Below are positions 24,702-33,991 of a stretch of DNA of 59,757 nucleotides, piece by piece. Both the position numbers and the translations under genes were made by a program. The notes beneath the pieces were generated by a model, which saw nothing but the letters and a program-made list of their open reading frames with translations, was not told the DNA's origin and ran no database searches. The stretch comes from a virus (Duplodnaviria; Caudoviricetes), in the IMG/VR virus record IMGVR_UViG_3300028840_001210, positions 1-59,757 of that record; one strand, 5' to 3'. Numbering within the stretch: the first letter of the stretch is position 1; each line of letters opens with the position of its first letter.

Positions 24702-26728
24702 GGCGACACTTGCGCAGTAGCGCCAGCGCTGTGTGTTTCCCGGGAAACATCGCCAGCCAGCTCTGCAGCGAAAGCGATCTCTGCATTGACATACTCGCGC
24801 AGCTTGCGCACAGTGCCGGCGCCTATCGCGTCGAGCTTGATCAGCTCTTCGTCAGTGGCTGCGAGCAAGTCGTCGAAAGTGAGCACGCCAGCCGCATGCA
24901 AGCTGTCGCGAGCTGCAGTCGTGACGCGCGAGATCGTCGACCAGTCAAACGGTACGATCGTCGCATCTGGCGCGTGCTCGGCCTGGCTGGTCGCTTCGTC
25001 GACCTGGTCGTCGACTGGCGCTTCCATCGCTGCGCGCAGCTCTGCGACTTGTGCGTCTTCGACTGGCTCTTCGACCACTGGCGCTGGCGCGATCTCGACG
25101 CGAGCAAACAAGTGCTTGCCTTTGTGCATGATCTCCAAAAAACCTGGCTTTTTCATGTCGCCAGTGCGCACGTCTCTGTTGTCGACGTTGCCATTAGGGC
25201 GAGACTTCCCAAACGAGTACGGCATGCGCGTCACTGGGCCATAAAAGACCTCTGACCCCCAGTTATCCCCTTGATACTGGATCAGCGTCATGCCATCGAC
25301 GCCCGGAACTGGCATACTGGCCAGTGTGACTGTCTCAGTTTGCGCAGCTCTCGACGTCCCTGGTATTCTGACCGGACCACCGCAACCCTTGCACATATTG
25401 ACCCCTTCTCGCATGTAGACACTTGGCCAGATGGCGGCGAGCTGGTCGAGAAAGCGCTCGCGCCACTTTGGCGTGGTATTGTGTATGCTTCTGTTCTGGC
25501 GCTCTCTTCTGTACAAGTAAAGCGCCTGTCTCACGTGCTCGCCAGACCAGCCAGCGAGCGCCAGCGCGACATTAAACTGCCAGTCTTCTCGGCCATAGCG
25601 CATGGACTCATGATACTGTCCAGCGTCGACCCATGCTTGCTTTGGAAAGACGATCCCGGCATGTACATGGTTCTTACAGAGAAGCGCTTTCGCGTCCCAG
25701 TCTTGGAGTCGCATCTCTTTTTGACGTCGACCCCCGGTCACTATTCGACAGTTATCGTATGCGAAAGTCTTGTCTTTGCCCTCGAGCGCAGCGAGCATGA
25801 CTTCGAGTCGCGTTTCTTCCATCATGTCATCAGCGCACAAGATCGAGATATACTTTCCAAAGGAAGCATTGATCCCAGTGTTGTTGGCGGCTGGCGTGCC
25901 TCCATTCTCTGCGCGTCTGATGTAGCGCACAGCTCGCCAGTCGTCGGCAAGAGAGAGCGCGACCTCTTGCGTGTTGTCTGTACTGCAGTCGTCGACGATC
26001 ACGATCTCAAAGTCTTGTATGGTCTGGCCAGCCATCTGGCCGAGTACGGTTTTGCCACCAATGAGAGAAGCGACAGCCTCGGCCAAGTATCGCCCGTAAT
26101 TGTAGCATGTGACGATCACGCTCACACGTGGCGGCGTGCGTATGAACAGAGTACGCTTTTCTGGCTGCGCTTTGAGCGTCGCCGCAATGCTCGATCCAAA
26201 AGGCTCGCGCCCTCGCACGTGTCCCAACCACTCTGGCTGGAAGATTGGCCGAGCTGCAAAGCCAGCCCGACACGCTCGGAGCTGCCACTCTGCAGTAGCG
26301 CCCCATAGCGGATAGTTTACAGCGTCGAGACCTCCGACAGCGTCGAGAGCGTCGCGACGCATGTACATGAAAGTACCTTGTACATAGCCTTTCGGCCATG
26401 CTGGATGGCCAAAGACGCCATCGCCGAAGACGCCAGAGCGACGCGCCATGTGGTCGACGATGTCAGCGGGAAAGCCAGAAGGAAAGAAAACATCTTGATT
26501 TAGCACCAAAACGTCACGAGCGCCAGCCAGCTCGATCCCCTTGTTGACAGCGCCTGAAAAGTAGCCACGCTGATCGAGTCTGTGCGTCGTGACGTTGTCT
26601 CGCTCGCTCGTGTACGCTCTGTCGCTCACATCGTCGACGACGATCACGTCGATGCTTGCAGGTATGTCGTCGAGCAAGCGCTCGATCGTCTTGTGACCAT
26701 TCCGGAAAGGCACGACCACGCAGTACAT
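24698..26728 (-). CDS. Tandem GT2 glycosyltransferase fused to a CxxC / helix-hairpin-helix region
   Basis: VVVPFRN, VVDDVS, LNQD; VSVIVTCYN, IVDDCSTD, LCADD, EDW; C-terminal LDAIGAGT HhH. Confidence 0.85.
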   Translation of the reverse strand: MYCVVVPFRNGHKTIERLLDDIPASIDVIVVDDVSDRAYTSERDNVTTHRLDQRGYFSGAVNKGIELAGARDVLVLNQDVFFPSGFPADIVDHMARRSGVFGDGVFGHPAWPKGYVQGTFMYMRRDALDAVGGLDAVNYPLWGATAEWQLRACRAGFAARPIFQPEWLGHVRGREPFGSSIAATLKAQPEKRTLFIRTPPRVSVIVTCYNYGRYLAEAVASLIGGKTVLGQMAGQTIQDFEIVIVDDCSTDNTQEVALSLADDWRAVRYIRRAENGGTPAANNTGINASFGKYISILCADDMMEETRLEVMLAALEGKDKTFAYDNCRIVTGGRRQKEMRLQDWDAKALLCKNHVHAGIVFPKQAWVDAGQYHESMRYGREDWQFNVALALAGWSGEHVRQALYLYRRERQNRSIHNTTPKWRERFLDQLAAIWPSVYMREGVNMCKGCGGPVRIPGTSRAAQTETVTLASMPVPGVDGMTLIQYQGDNWGSEVFYGPVTRMPYSFGKSRPNGNVDNRDVRTGDMKKPGFLEIMHKGKHLFARVEIAPAPVVEEPVEDAQVAELRAAMEAPVDDQVDEATSQAEHAPDATIVPFDWSTISRVTTAARDSLHAAGVLTFDDLLAATDEELIKLDAIGAGTVRKLREYVNAEIAFAAELAGDVSRETHSAGATAQVSP
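24734..24749. promoter_or_regulatory. parS-like palindrome (3 of 6)
   Basis: TGTTTCCCGGGAAACA. Confidence 0.8.
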
Positions 26729-26798
26729 GCAGATCCCCCTTGGAGAGCGAGCGCGCCGATCGCTCGACGCGCTCGCATAGTAGATCACGATCCAGACG

Positions 26799-28157
26799 CT
26801 ATGGACACTCAGCGGCAGTGAACGACGTTTCTGGGTAGAAGCTCGTGTCAGCCGGGTTAGGCGACAGCGGCCCTGTAGGCGTCGAGCACTTGACATCTTG
26901 GAAGCGGATTTGCGCCCATGGAGCCAAGCACCACAGACGCGGCGCCATCCAGAGTTTTAGGATCCGACAAAGCTCGTCGGTGTCGACCTTGCCCAGTACA
27001 CGACCAGCGTCGCGTACAAAGTAGTCGCCGACAGCGCCAGCCGCGTCAGAGACGCCAGACAGCTCGCGCAAAGCTGTGTTTGCGTCGAGATGCTCGCCTT
27101 CCCAGATGCGCTGTGCTCCCATGGAGCCAGTCAGGAAAAAGACGTCGCCACGAGTCGGCCCGTTGATCAGACCCCAGTCATACGCGAGCAATGGGATCGT
27201 GTGGCCATCCAGAGCGATCATGCCATCGCCAAAAAGCCCACCGTTTAGCGAGATACGGAACTCGCGCATCTCTTTGGAGTCTTTGACGACCTCTTCGTAC
27301 TGCGCGCCGGGACATACTGACCAGCACGTATAAAAGTCGAGCAAGCATCGCGCCAAGAAACTCGGCAGAACCAAGATCATGTCGCCGACTTGCATGGACT
27401 GGTTTCGCAGCATCGGCGACCAGCCAATGCGCTGGATGATGTTACGGAACAGATCGAGCAAGACGTCGACAAAGTCCCAAGTGGCTGCGATCGCGTTACC
27501 GTTGATCGTGATGCCAGCGCCCCCGCTCATGGGGTTTCCATTCCAGTCGACGACCCACGAGTCGAGCATGCTGCAGTCGTACCCAGTCTTGACCCATCGC
27601 TTTAGACCGTCAAACTGGCCGGCAGTCGTGGCATTGCCATCGATCAGAGCGACGCGTATGTCGTTCAGCACCTGATCCATGGTAAAGGTCATGTCCCACA
27701 TGGTTTCCGACTCGATGCGCGATCCGTCGAGCATGTAGCGCGGGAACGTTTTACAGTAACGCTCTGGTCGCAAGATCTTGCGCACCGGGCCCGAGCGACC
27801 ATACAAGCCAAAGTCTTCGACGCTCAGCGAGCACGACCCAAACTCGACGCCATTCGGCTCGGTACATGGATCGCTGATATAGCCAGCGGTGTCGCTGCCT
27901 TCGCTCTGCTCTGGTCTCAGATAGTTGATAAAGTGGACCTTGCGCAAACAGTCTTCGCTTACTTGAAAGCCCATCCAGTCGAGCAAGTCCAGCGCGCCCT
28001 TGTAGTACAGCGAAAAGATCTCATCAGCGCACGAGTCGAAAAAGTTGCAGCACCCAAAAGGCGTGGCTGCAGTACTGATCGTCAGACGCTGCTGCGCTGT
28101 CAAGTGGCGCGAGTCTGGAAGCTGGCCGATCACATTCGGCCCTTGGAGCATTCTCAT
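26799..28157 (-). CDS. Major capsid protein
   Basis: Follows the scaffold; GGAGG SD; LIDGN..GQFDGL motif seen in HK97-fold capsids. Confidence 0.75.
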   Translation of the reverse strand: MRMLQGPNVIGQLPDSRHLTAQQRLTISTAATPFGCCNFFDSCADEIFSLYYKGALDLLDWMGFQVSEDCLRKVHFINYLRPEQSEGSDTAGYISDPCTEPNGVEFGSCSLSVEDFGLYGRSGPVRKILRPERYCKTFPRYMLDGSRIESETMWDMTFTMDQVLNDIRVALIDGNATTAGQFDGLKRWVKTGYDCSMLDSWVVDWNGNPMSGGAGITINGNAIAATWDFVDVLLDLFRNIIQRIGWSPMLRNQSMQVGDMILVLPSFLARCLLDFYTCWSVCPGAQYEEVVKDSKEMREFRISLNGGLFGDGMIALDGHTIPLLAYDWGLINGPTRGDVFFLTGSMGAQRIWEGEHLDANTALRELSGVSDAAGAVGDYFVRDAGRVLGKVDTDELCRILKLWMAPRLWCLAPWAQIRFQDVKCSTPTGPLSPNPADTSFYPETSFTAAECP

Positions 28158-28198
28158 GGTATATCCTCCGTGAAAAGTCGATCAGTCAGCGCGAGCGC

Positions 28199-29905
28199 CT
28201 AGCCATACGCGCCTGGGATCGAGTCTAGCGACTCTTGTGCGCGCTGCGCGCTCGTGTCGCCCTGGTCGCTTTCGCCGTTTTCGTCGGTTTTCTCTGGCGC
28301 TCGATCTACGCTCGCGCGAAACGACACTCGCCGCGTCGCTGGCGCTGGCGCGTCTTCGATGCGCTCGATCCGCTCGTTGATCTCGCTCTCTCGCTGGTCG
28401 AGTCGCTCCATGACTGGCGCGAGCTGCGCTTCGACTGCAGCCCTGATCGCATCGGCGATCCCAGTCTGGAAGGTTTCGTCAGCGACCACGGCACGCGCGA
28501 TCTCTGCGACGACGTCTTCGTCGACGACGATCTCGCCAGCGTCTTCGCTCTCGCCGGTCTCTGCGTCGACAGTCTCTTCGTCGCTGGTCTCTGCGTCTTC
28601 TGTGGTCTCTTCGACCTGGTCGTCGGCCTGGTCGCTCTCGCTGGCGTCGTCGCGAGTGATCAGATCAGAGCGCTCGATCTCTTCATTCGTGCCAGAGATC
28701 ATGTCAAGCGCCCCGGCGATCTTGTCTTCGTCGCCATCATAGAAGCGATCAAGCGCTTCCATCAGTTTGTTGCTCATGCTTGACCTCCCGATCATAAGTG
28801 TTCTGGTAAAGTGATTGCATGCCATCTCTTTCGGAACGTCCGAGATCTCGACGTGTATCCCGGCACGATATACGGGAACAGTCAAACCTGGCTGGATTTG
28901 TACGAGATCTGGATCTTCTGTTGGAAGATAGCCAATGCTTTCGCCCCAATAGTCTGGATCGCGTAGGTGCGCTTGCACAGCGTCGCGCCCTGCGTCCGTT
29001 TCGTCGAAAAGCCCGCTTGTAATATACGCATTTTCAGCGCGACAGAGAAAGTCTGTCTCGCCGCTCTTGAACGCTTCGCCTTGGTGCATGAACGTTCTGT
29101 ACGGATAGTCGCCAGTGCCTTCTGCGAAAGCGATCATGCTGTCGAAGAGATCGCGACTGTCGATCTCGTGCGCTCTGTTGAGCACTGACGTCGCAGAGAT
29201 GGACAGCCATCGGTATCGGCCATCGCTCTGGCGAAAAACAGAAGTAGAGCGCGAGACTGGCACAAAGTCATGTTGCACTTCGACCGGCTCGCCGAGCTGT
29301 GGATCGTTGTTTTCGTCCAGCGTCACTGGCACGATGTACAGCACGCCCATGCGCTCGAAGAGCGCGAAAAGGTCGTCTTGGTCGAAGTACAGATCGATCA
29401 GCCAGCCCTCATGGAGCGACCAGACCAGATCGTCGACTCTTGGGTATGCAGACATCACACCGATCATGCGCTCGTTTTCCTCTGGCGGCTCTTTGCCAGC
29501 CAGCTCGTACACAGCGCCGGGAGCAATGCGATCCATCTGGGTATAGCCAGTTATGATCTTGTTGGCTGCGCTCTTGACTGCAGCGCCCCATGCGTCTTCT
29601 GGCACGTCTTCCGGACGCTCGACAGCGGTGATCCCACGTCCCCCGGCTGCAGCAAAAAGAGCGCGATCGAGCATGACTGTCTCGCCATCCCCTTCGCGCC
29701 TGACTGGTAGCATACAGTGCGACTGTGCTTTCGTGTCGCGTCCCGCTGCAGCATTGACGTCGATCAAAGACGCCGCACAATACGCGTCTGTGTCGCTGTA
29801 CTGTGTCGGCGATCCATCCCAGTCGTCGACCTCTTCGACTCGACGAAAGTGCAAAGCGAGCCGCACTCGCTCGACGATCCTGTGTAGCTCTTGCAACAGA
29901 TTCAT
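28199..29905 (-). CDS. Prohead protease / scaffold
   Basis: FMH, GESIGY and EISDVP protease-like motifs; acidic coiled-coil C-terminus; precedes the capsid gene. Confidence 0.7.
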   Translation of the reverse strand: MNLLQELHRIVERVRLALHFRRVEEVDDWDGSPTQYSDTDAYCAASLIDVNAAAGRDTKAQSHCMLPVRREGDGETVMLDRALFAAAGGRGITAVERPEDVPEDAWGAAVKSAANKIITGYTQMDRIAPGAVYELAGKEPPEENERMIGVMSAYPRVDDLVWSLHEGWLIDLYFDQDDLFALFERMGVLYIVPVTLDENNDPQLGEPVEVQHDFVPVSRSTSVFRQSDGRYRWLSISATSVLNRAHEIDSRDLFDSMIAFAEGTGDYPYRTFMHQGEAFKSGETDFLCRAENAYITSGLFDETDAGRDAVQAHLRDPDYWGESIGYLPTEDPDLVQIQPGLTVPVYRAGIHVEISDVPKEMACNHFTRTLMIGRSSMSNKLMEALDRFYDGDEDKIAGALDMISGTNEEIERSDLITRDDASESDQADDQVEETTEDAETSDEETVDAETGESEDAGEIVVDEDVVAEIARAVVADETFQTGIADAIRAAVEAQLAPVMERLDQRESEINERIERIEDAPAPATRRVSFRASVDRAPEKTDENGESDQGDTSAQRAQESLDSIPGAYG

Positions 29906-29925
29906 GCCGACCTCCAAAGCTGGAA

Positions 29926-29965
29926 ACACAAAAAGCCGACTTGCGATCGCGAGTCGCAAGTCGGC
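29926..29965 (-). terminator. Leader terminator/attenuator of the capsid operon
   Basis: 12-bp stem GCCGACTTGCGA/TCGCAAGTCGGC plus TTTTTGTGTTT, between promoter and start codon. Confidence 0.7.
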
Positions 29966-29991
29966 ACAATGGCACACGCGAGTATAGCCAT

Positions 29992-30052
29992 ATTATAGCA
30001 CGGGAGACGTCAGATCGTCAAGGTCAAAAGTATATCAGATCTGATATACTTT
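29992..30052 (-). promoter_or_regulatory. Late promoter with upstream 26-bp palindrome
   Basis: TTGACG-18-TATAAT with TG; AAAGTATATCAGATCTGATATACTTT at 30027-30052. Confidence 0.7.
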
Positions 30053-30866
30053 AGTCGACTTGGTGAGCTTGGACCCCCATGCGCATGAGCGTCAAGTTGT
30101 CGAGCTTGTCAAAGATCACGACTTGCAGCTCTTCGCCCTTCGTCCCATCGATCCTGGGGACAGCGCCCCAATTTGACTGTCCCCCAAAGCGAAAGCGAGC
30201 GACGAAGCCATATGTACCACCACCACCGGCCCGATCGTGGTACTCGACATACGCGCCGAGCGTCTCAAAGTCGCCATTATTGTGTGCTACCATGATGTTA
30301 GCGAAAGATCCGTCTTGTCGTTTCTTGCGCAGTAGCACGCCATTGGTCAGCGAAGCCTGGTCGCCAAAAAGACCAGTATCCATGGCCGCGACACCTTCGA
30401 TCGAGAAGACGCATGAAACTATGTCCCAAGCGCGATCGCCACGTGGTACAAGACTATAGATCAACTCGCCGCCAGACGCGTCGACGTTCATCTCGATCGT
30501 ACTGCGCGACGCAAAGCTCGACGCGATCGCGAAAGCATTGCCAGATGGCGTGTCGATCGTTATCGTGTTGACAGCGACGCCCACGCAGAGACCAGCCCAC
30601 AGAAAGCCAGTCGCAGTGTCGATCACTCCAAAATAGTCGCCAGCACTGAAACCATGGCCAGCGCCCAGATCGACTGTTCTATCGCCGACTGCGATAGGAC
30701 TGGCCAGCGTTACGATATTCAGACGACGCAGCATATAGATCGCGCCTAGCGCAGTCGTCTGATCTTGTAAGAAAGTGTCGATCGCGCCATTGGCATGCAT
30801 GAACAAAGCCACTGGATCGCCATTGACGTCGAGACCATACACGCGTACTGGATCTGTCACTGCCAT
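30051..30866 (-). CDS. Hypothetical, possibly virion-associated protein
   Basis: GGAGGT SD; beta-rich. Confidence 0.6.
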   Translation of the reverse strand: MAVTDPVRVYGLDVNGDPVALFMHANGAIDTFLQDQTTALGAIYMLRRLNIVTLASPIAVGDRTVDLGAGHGFSAGDYFGVIDTATGFLWAGLCVGVAVNTITIDTPSGNAFAIASSFASRSTIEMNVDASGGELIYSLVPRGDRAWDIVSCVFSIEGVAAMDTGLFGDQASLTNGVLLRKKRQDGSFANIMVAHNNGDFETLGAYVEYHDRAGGGGTYGFVARFRFGGQSNWGAVPRIDGTKGEELQVVIFDKLDNLTLMRMGVQAHQVD

Positions 30867-30884
30867 GCTACACCTCCAAGGGTA

Positions 30885-31268
30885 TTAGGGCCCTCGCCAG
30901 CGCACGCGTGGCATGGTGCTCGCGTGCCACTTGGAAGACCAAGAGAAGCGCGCGACGTGGTACGTACAGCGCACGCGCACACACTGAAAGCGATAGTACT
31001 GCGCTTGCGACAGAACGCGCGAGCCGACCAAGTGCGCTGGCTCGCTATACAAGAAAGACCAGTCGACGACGTCTTTGTACTCTTCCCAGATCTCGACCAG
31101 TCTGGCCATAGCGTCGGCGATCGCCTCGCCTAGATCTTGCCAGACTGCGACCATTTTCTCGGCACTGTCGACCCAAGTGTCGACAGCATCGCCCATGTGA
31201 GCGCGCATGCGCTCTGCACAGTCTTGGATCGCTGCGCGTTTGCTGTCCGAAAGTCCACTCTTGTACAT
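30885..31268 (-). CDS. Hypothetical protein
   Basis: AAGGGGG SD; TAATG coupling. Confidence 0.55.
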   Translation of the reverse strand: MYKSGLSDSKRAAIQDCAERMRAHMGDAVDTWVDSAEKMVAVWQDLGEAIADAMARLVEIWEEYKDVVDWSFLYSEPAHLVGSRVLSQAQYYRFQCVRVRCTYHVARFSWSSKWHASTMPRVRWRGP

Positions 31269-31558
31269 TAGATCCCCCTTACACCTTGAAACAGAACGAT
31301 TAAAAGCAAAGCTAGTATCGCGTACAGCATCGCATCGATCCAGTCGAGAGACAAGAGACGATCGCGCCATACGAGCGACCAGTCGAGCACGACCTCGACG
31401 ACGTCGACGACCAGTTCGCCGAGACACGCGACGCAATGACTCACGAGACCCCACGCGCGCGACAAGATCTTCTTACAGACGCCGGCACGCATGCGAGCGA
31501 GTCGCTTGTCTCCCCAGTCGAGCACGTCACCAAAGAAACGAAGCAAAGCCAAGATCAT
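31268..31558 (-). CDS. Small membrane protein
   Basis: Hydrophobic; coupled to both neighbours. Confidence 0.55.
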   Translation of the reverse strand: MILALLRFFGDVLDWGDKRLARMRAGVCKKILSRAWGLVSHCVACLGELVVDVVEVVLDWSLVWRDRLLSLDWIDAMLYAILALLLIVLFQGVRGI

Positions 31559-31746
31559 GAAACGTCCCCCTTATGCGCTCTCAAAAACTTAGCGCGACGT
31601 GCCCTTCGATCGCGCAGCCACTTGGGGATATGACGATCGAAGAGTAGCGAGTAAGTGTATACCTGGTAAAAGCCCATAAGCTCGAAACATGTTCGCAGCT
31701 CTGGCTGGACCCATACACGATCCACACCTGCAGGTCGTACACTCAT
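31555..31746 (-). CDS. Hypothetical protein
   Basis: ATGA overlaps on both sides. Confidence 0.5.
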   Translation of the reverse strand: MSVRPAGVDRVWVQPELRTCFELMGFYQVYTYSLLFDRHIPKWLRDRRARRAKFLRAHKGDVS

Positions 31747-31970
31747 GTCGCGTCGTCCCCTTTCTCACACTCTCTACTCTCGCAGCTCTCGCATGCCTCG
31801 ATTATAGCTCGTATCTCGGCACGCACGAGACGCGAGCCACGTCTCGACGCTCTGCGCTTGTCTTTGTCGACAAATTGCAGACATGGGCCAGCTCGGCCAG
31901 TGACGACGCGCGAGACTTTGACGCCATCGACCACGAGCCAGCCGTCTTGGACCTGTACGTCTTTGCTCAC
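31743..31970 (-). CDS. Hypothetical protein
   Basis: GTGA overlap; GGAGG SD. Confidence 0.55.
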   Translation of the reverse strand: MSKDVQVQDGWLVVDGVKVSRVVTGRAGPCLQFVDKDKRRASRRGSRLVRAEIRAIIEACESCESRECEKGDDAT

Positions 31971-32602
31971 TGGTATACCTCCCCTTGGTCGTTTCTGTAC
32001 TCTTTGTGACATTGGCAATTCGTCAGACAGATCGTCGCGCCTTCGCCTGGGTATGGAAAGTGATCAAAGTCTTGCCAGCCTTCTGCAGCAAAGTCGACGC
32101 AGTCGTCGCAGTGCTCAGCGATCCCCAGTACCCACTTTTCTTGGGTATAGCCAGCTTGCTCTGCGTTTCTGGCAAAAGCTCGCTCGTAGGCCTCGCGCGC
32201 TGCGTTTATGTACATCTGGACGCGCACGCGCACTTGTCCGTCGACCACGTCGCCAGCGAGCACTTGCGCATAAAAGTCGCGCAGATATGGCGAGTACTGC
32301 GAGCCGATCATGCCGCCCACGCTGCCCCAGTCTTGTTGGGACATGCGATCGCGCCCACCTCGAGCCAGCACGTACTGGCGTATATGCTCGTCTTTGATCT
32401 CTGTGCGCATGTACTCGTACCACGTGCTGGCGTCGACGTCGCCTTCGAGCATGCGATCTGTAAAGTCCAGCGCGGCTGTGGTCGTACTCGACAGCGACTG
32501 ATCAGAAAGCGCTCTGATCTCTCGCCAGTCTATAGGGCCAGAGCGCGCTGGCTCTTCCCTCTCGACGTATTGTTTAGTCTCGGAGTCCCAAAAGATCGGC
32601 AT
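31967..32602 (-). CDS. MuF-like head morphogenesis / minor capsid protein
   Basis: W.LG.AEHCDDC...PG.G.T.C..NC.C motif. Confidence 0.7.
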   Translation of the reverse strand: MPIFWDSETKQYVEREEPARSGPIDWREIRALSDQSLSSTTTAALDFTDRMLEGDVDASTWYEYMRTEIKDEHIRQYVLARGGRDRMSQQDWGSVGGMIGSQYSPYLRDFYAQVLAGDVVDGQVRVRVQMYINAAREAYERAFARNAEQAGYTQEKWVLGIAEHCDDCVDFAAEGWQDFDHFPYPGEGATICLTNCQCHKEYRNDQGEVYQ

Positions 32603-32605
32603 GTG

Positions 32606-33325
32606 TTACCTCACACTCGCGAGTGATGCTTCCAGCTTTCGACATGCAGCCATGTATAGTCGTATGTCCAGCTCGTTTTTTTCGCGTATCGCGATCCAGT
32701 CTTTGACTGTGAGATCTTCGACTCGTGGTCTGTACACTTGTACGAGCTTGGGAGTCGTGACGACGTTTCGCCAGCCGAGACGCCGGCAGAGCATCGCGAC
32801 AGACTCGCCATAGTGCTCTGTGATCCCAATGTCCATGTAGTCGAGTCTGCGCAGCGCAGTGGCGAGATCGTCTTCTGTCGCTGGCGACTCTTTCGGCCTG
32901 ATCCCCACGTCAGAGCGTCCAGCGAGAAAGCGCGTCATGCCGTTTTCAGCATCTGACATGGCGTCGCTCTTGACAAACTCGTGCAAGGGCAAGAGCGCCA
33001 GCTCGTGGCGCTTATGCTTTGGTCGACCTCTGATATAGTAGTACAGCGAGACCACGCGATCGACCGGCTCGCGCAGAAAAGAGACATAGCGCCAGAGTCC
33101 CGGCAGCCATTCATGCGCGCCATACCCAACATGGCCAGCGACGCACTGTACCCACCTGGCGACCTGGTCGGCCTGGCGCTTCGCTGCAGCGACGTCGCCG
33201 CCATTGCGCAGCCTGTAACATGACTGGCCATAGTTGGCTTTGAGAAGATCCATGAACGTCGTGCCAGCGGTTTTGGGTATGTGTAGAAAGATCACTCGCT
33301 GTACTGCGTTTGTCTGTGTGTCCAC
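32606..33325 (-). CDS. Sulfotransferase (family 2-like)
   Basis: FLHIPKTAGTT, FLREPVDRVVSLYYY, N.LD..LY. Confidence 0.9.
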   Translation of the reverse strand: MDTQTNAVQRVIFLHIPKTAGTTFMDLLKANYGQSCYRLRNGGDVAAAKRQADQVARWVQCVAGHVGYGAHEWLPGLWRYVSFLREPVDRVVSLYYYIRGRPKHKRHELALLPLHEFVKSDAMSDAENGMTRFLAGRSDVGIRPKESPATEDDLATALRRLDYMDIGITEHYGESVAMLCRRLGWRNVVTTPKLVQVYRPRVEDLTVKDWIAIREKNELDIRLYMAACRKLEASLASVR

Positions 33326-33333
33326 TTGTCCCC

Positions 33334-33991
33334 CTAATACTTGACGACAGCGTGCGCTTGTCGTGCGAGACTGTTGTCGCTTCCATCCATGCCAAGAAAC
33401 CAGAGCAAGCGCTTGATCTCGCGCAGCGAGTCAGCCTTTCCAGTCCGGACGCGCTCAAAGTGCAAAGTATAGACTGGCCAGTCGACGCCAACCAGCGAGC
33501 GCTGGATCTCGCGCCTATACCTGACGCAGAGACGTCGCCACGACTCTGCGCTCTTGCCATTGCGCTGCATGAGCGACGCGACGACGTCGTCTTCTTTTCG
33601 CACGCACCAAACGACGCGCACGTCTGGTTTATTCCATAGGTCAAAGTAATCGTTTTGCACATCAAAGATCTGAGCGTATGCTCGTAAAAAGAGAGACGTT
33701 CTAGGATCCTTCCAGCCCCAACATGATCCCATGTGCGACTCGACGCGCGAGCACACAAGATTGTACAGATCTTGCGCGATCCCTTTGTCATTCATGACAC
33801 GCCAGATCGCTGGCCAGTTTGGTGGACGATACCAGATCCCGCCAGCGCTTCGCAGCGCGTGCTTGTGCAATTCGAGAAAGTCTCGATCTTCGTGATGCGC
33901 TTGGACGTGCGTCTCGCCAGAGAGCAAGTCTTCGCATGTGAGCTGTCATGCTCGTGCCAGATCTGTGCATACCCACGACGATCACGATCAT
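33334..33991 (-). pseudogene. Sulfotransferase (family 3-like), frameshifted near 33935
   Basis: VVGMHRSGTS lies in one frame; HHED..F, WGWKDPRT and VVASL lie in another. Confidence 0.75.

Noticed and set aside
30027-30052. Protelomerase telRL site of a linear phage-plasmid
   Set aside because: No protelomerase-like ORF recognised; kept only as an unexplained palindrome
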